Source: Octopus bimaculoides
Lineage: Eukaryota
Assembly: GCF_001194135.2 (NCBI RefSeq)
Contig: NC_069005.1
Coordinates: 11,836,946-11,872,859 of the forward strand
Reading direction: 5' to 3'
Length of the DNA: 35,914 bases
Below the pieces are notes generated by a model. It made no database searches and was not told the DNA's origin. It was given only the letters and a program-made list of their open reading frames with translations. Position 1 is the stretch's first letter, and each line of letters opens with the position of its first letter. Positions 35,856 to 35,914 of this stretch are shown here, piece by piece. A program made the position numbers and the translations under genes.

Positions 35856-35856
<1 letters not shown>
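35419..35856 (+). mobile_element. 5'-truncated non-LTR retrotransposon with restriction-like endonuclease C-terminus (R4/Dong-like) plus 3' UTR
   Basis: Frame-spliced translation IPCDHN....EFDKFSKYKDLLIEIEK/IWHLKATTVPVIVGSLGM../GTET*LK/MIRGLPSLQKVQKIVLTGTPHVLRRALS fits the RLE tail E..K..KY.DL..E....W......PV.VG.LG......Q...L.GT...LR. About 165 bp of 3' UTR, then (TAA)n. Confidence 0.75.

Positions 35857-35914
<58 letters not shown>
35857..35914. repeat. (TAA)n microsatellite, runs off the window
   Basis: Direct. Confidence 0.95.

Overview
AT-rich, repeat-saturated eukaryotic DNA. About 14% is assembly gap (12 N-runs, about 5.2 kb, mostly flanked by (TA)n or other microsatellites). The SINE families and microsatellite load resemble a coleoid cephalopod, probably Octopus; this is an inference from recalled repeat sequences, not a database result. 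No host protein-coding gene can be supported, and almost all long ORFs in the track are microsatellite or N-gap artefacts. Firm calls: an intact tRNA-Leu(CAG) gene (30458-30541); a Penelope-like retroelement (PLE) 5' part on the minus strand with a near-intact minimal hammerhead ribozyme (HHR) upstream of its ORF; a 5'-truncated R4/Dong-like restriction-endonuclease LINE sitting in a (TAA)n array; two RTE-clade LINE fragments; and many SINE copies from three families. Most interesting: four unrelated minimal HHR motifs, all with a self-complementary stem III; a repeat family carrying both HHR core strands in permuted order; a 212-bp fold-back element whose GTACAGGACGT terminus recurs five times next to TA tracts; and a perfect local inverted duplication of part of a SINE. 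Boundaries of decayed repeats are approximate (tens of bp).
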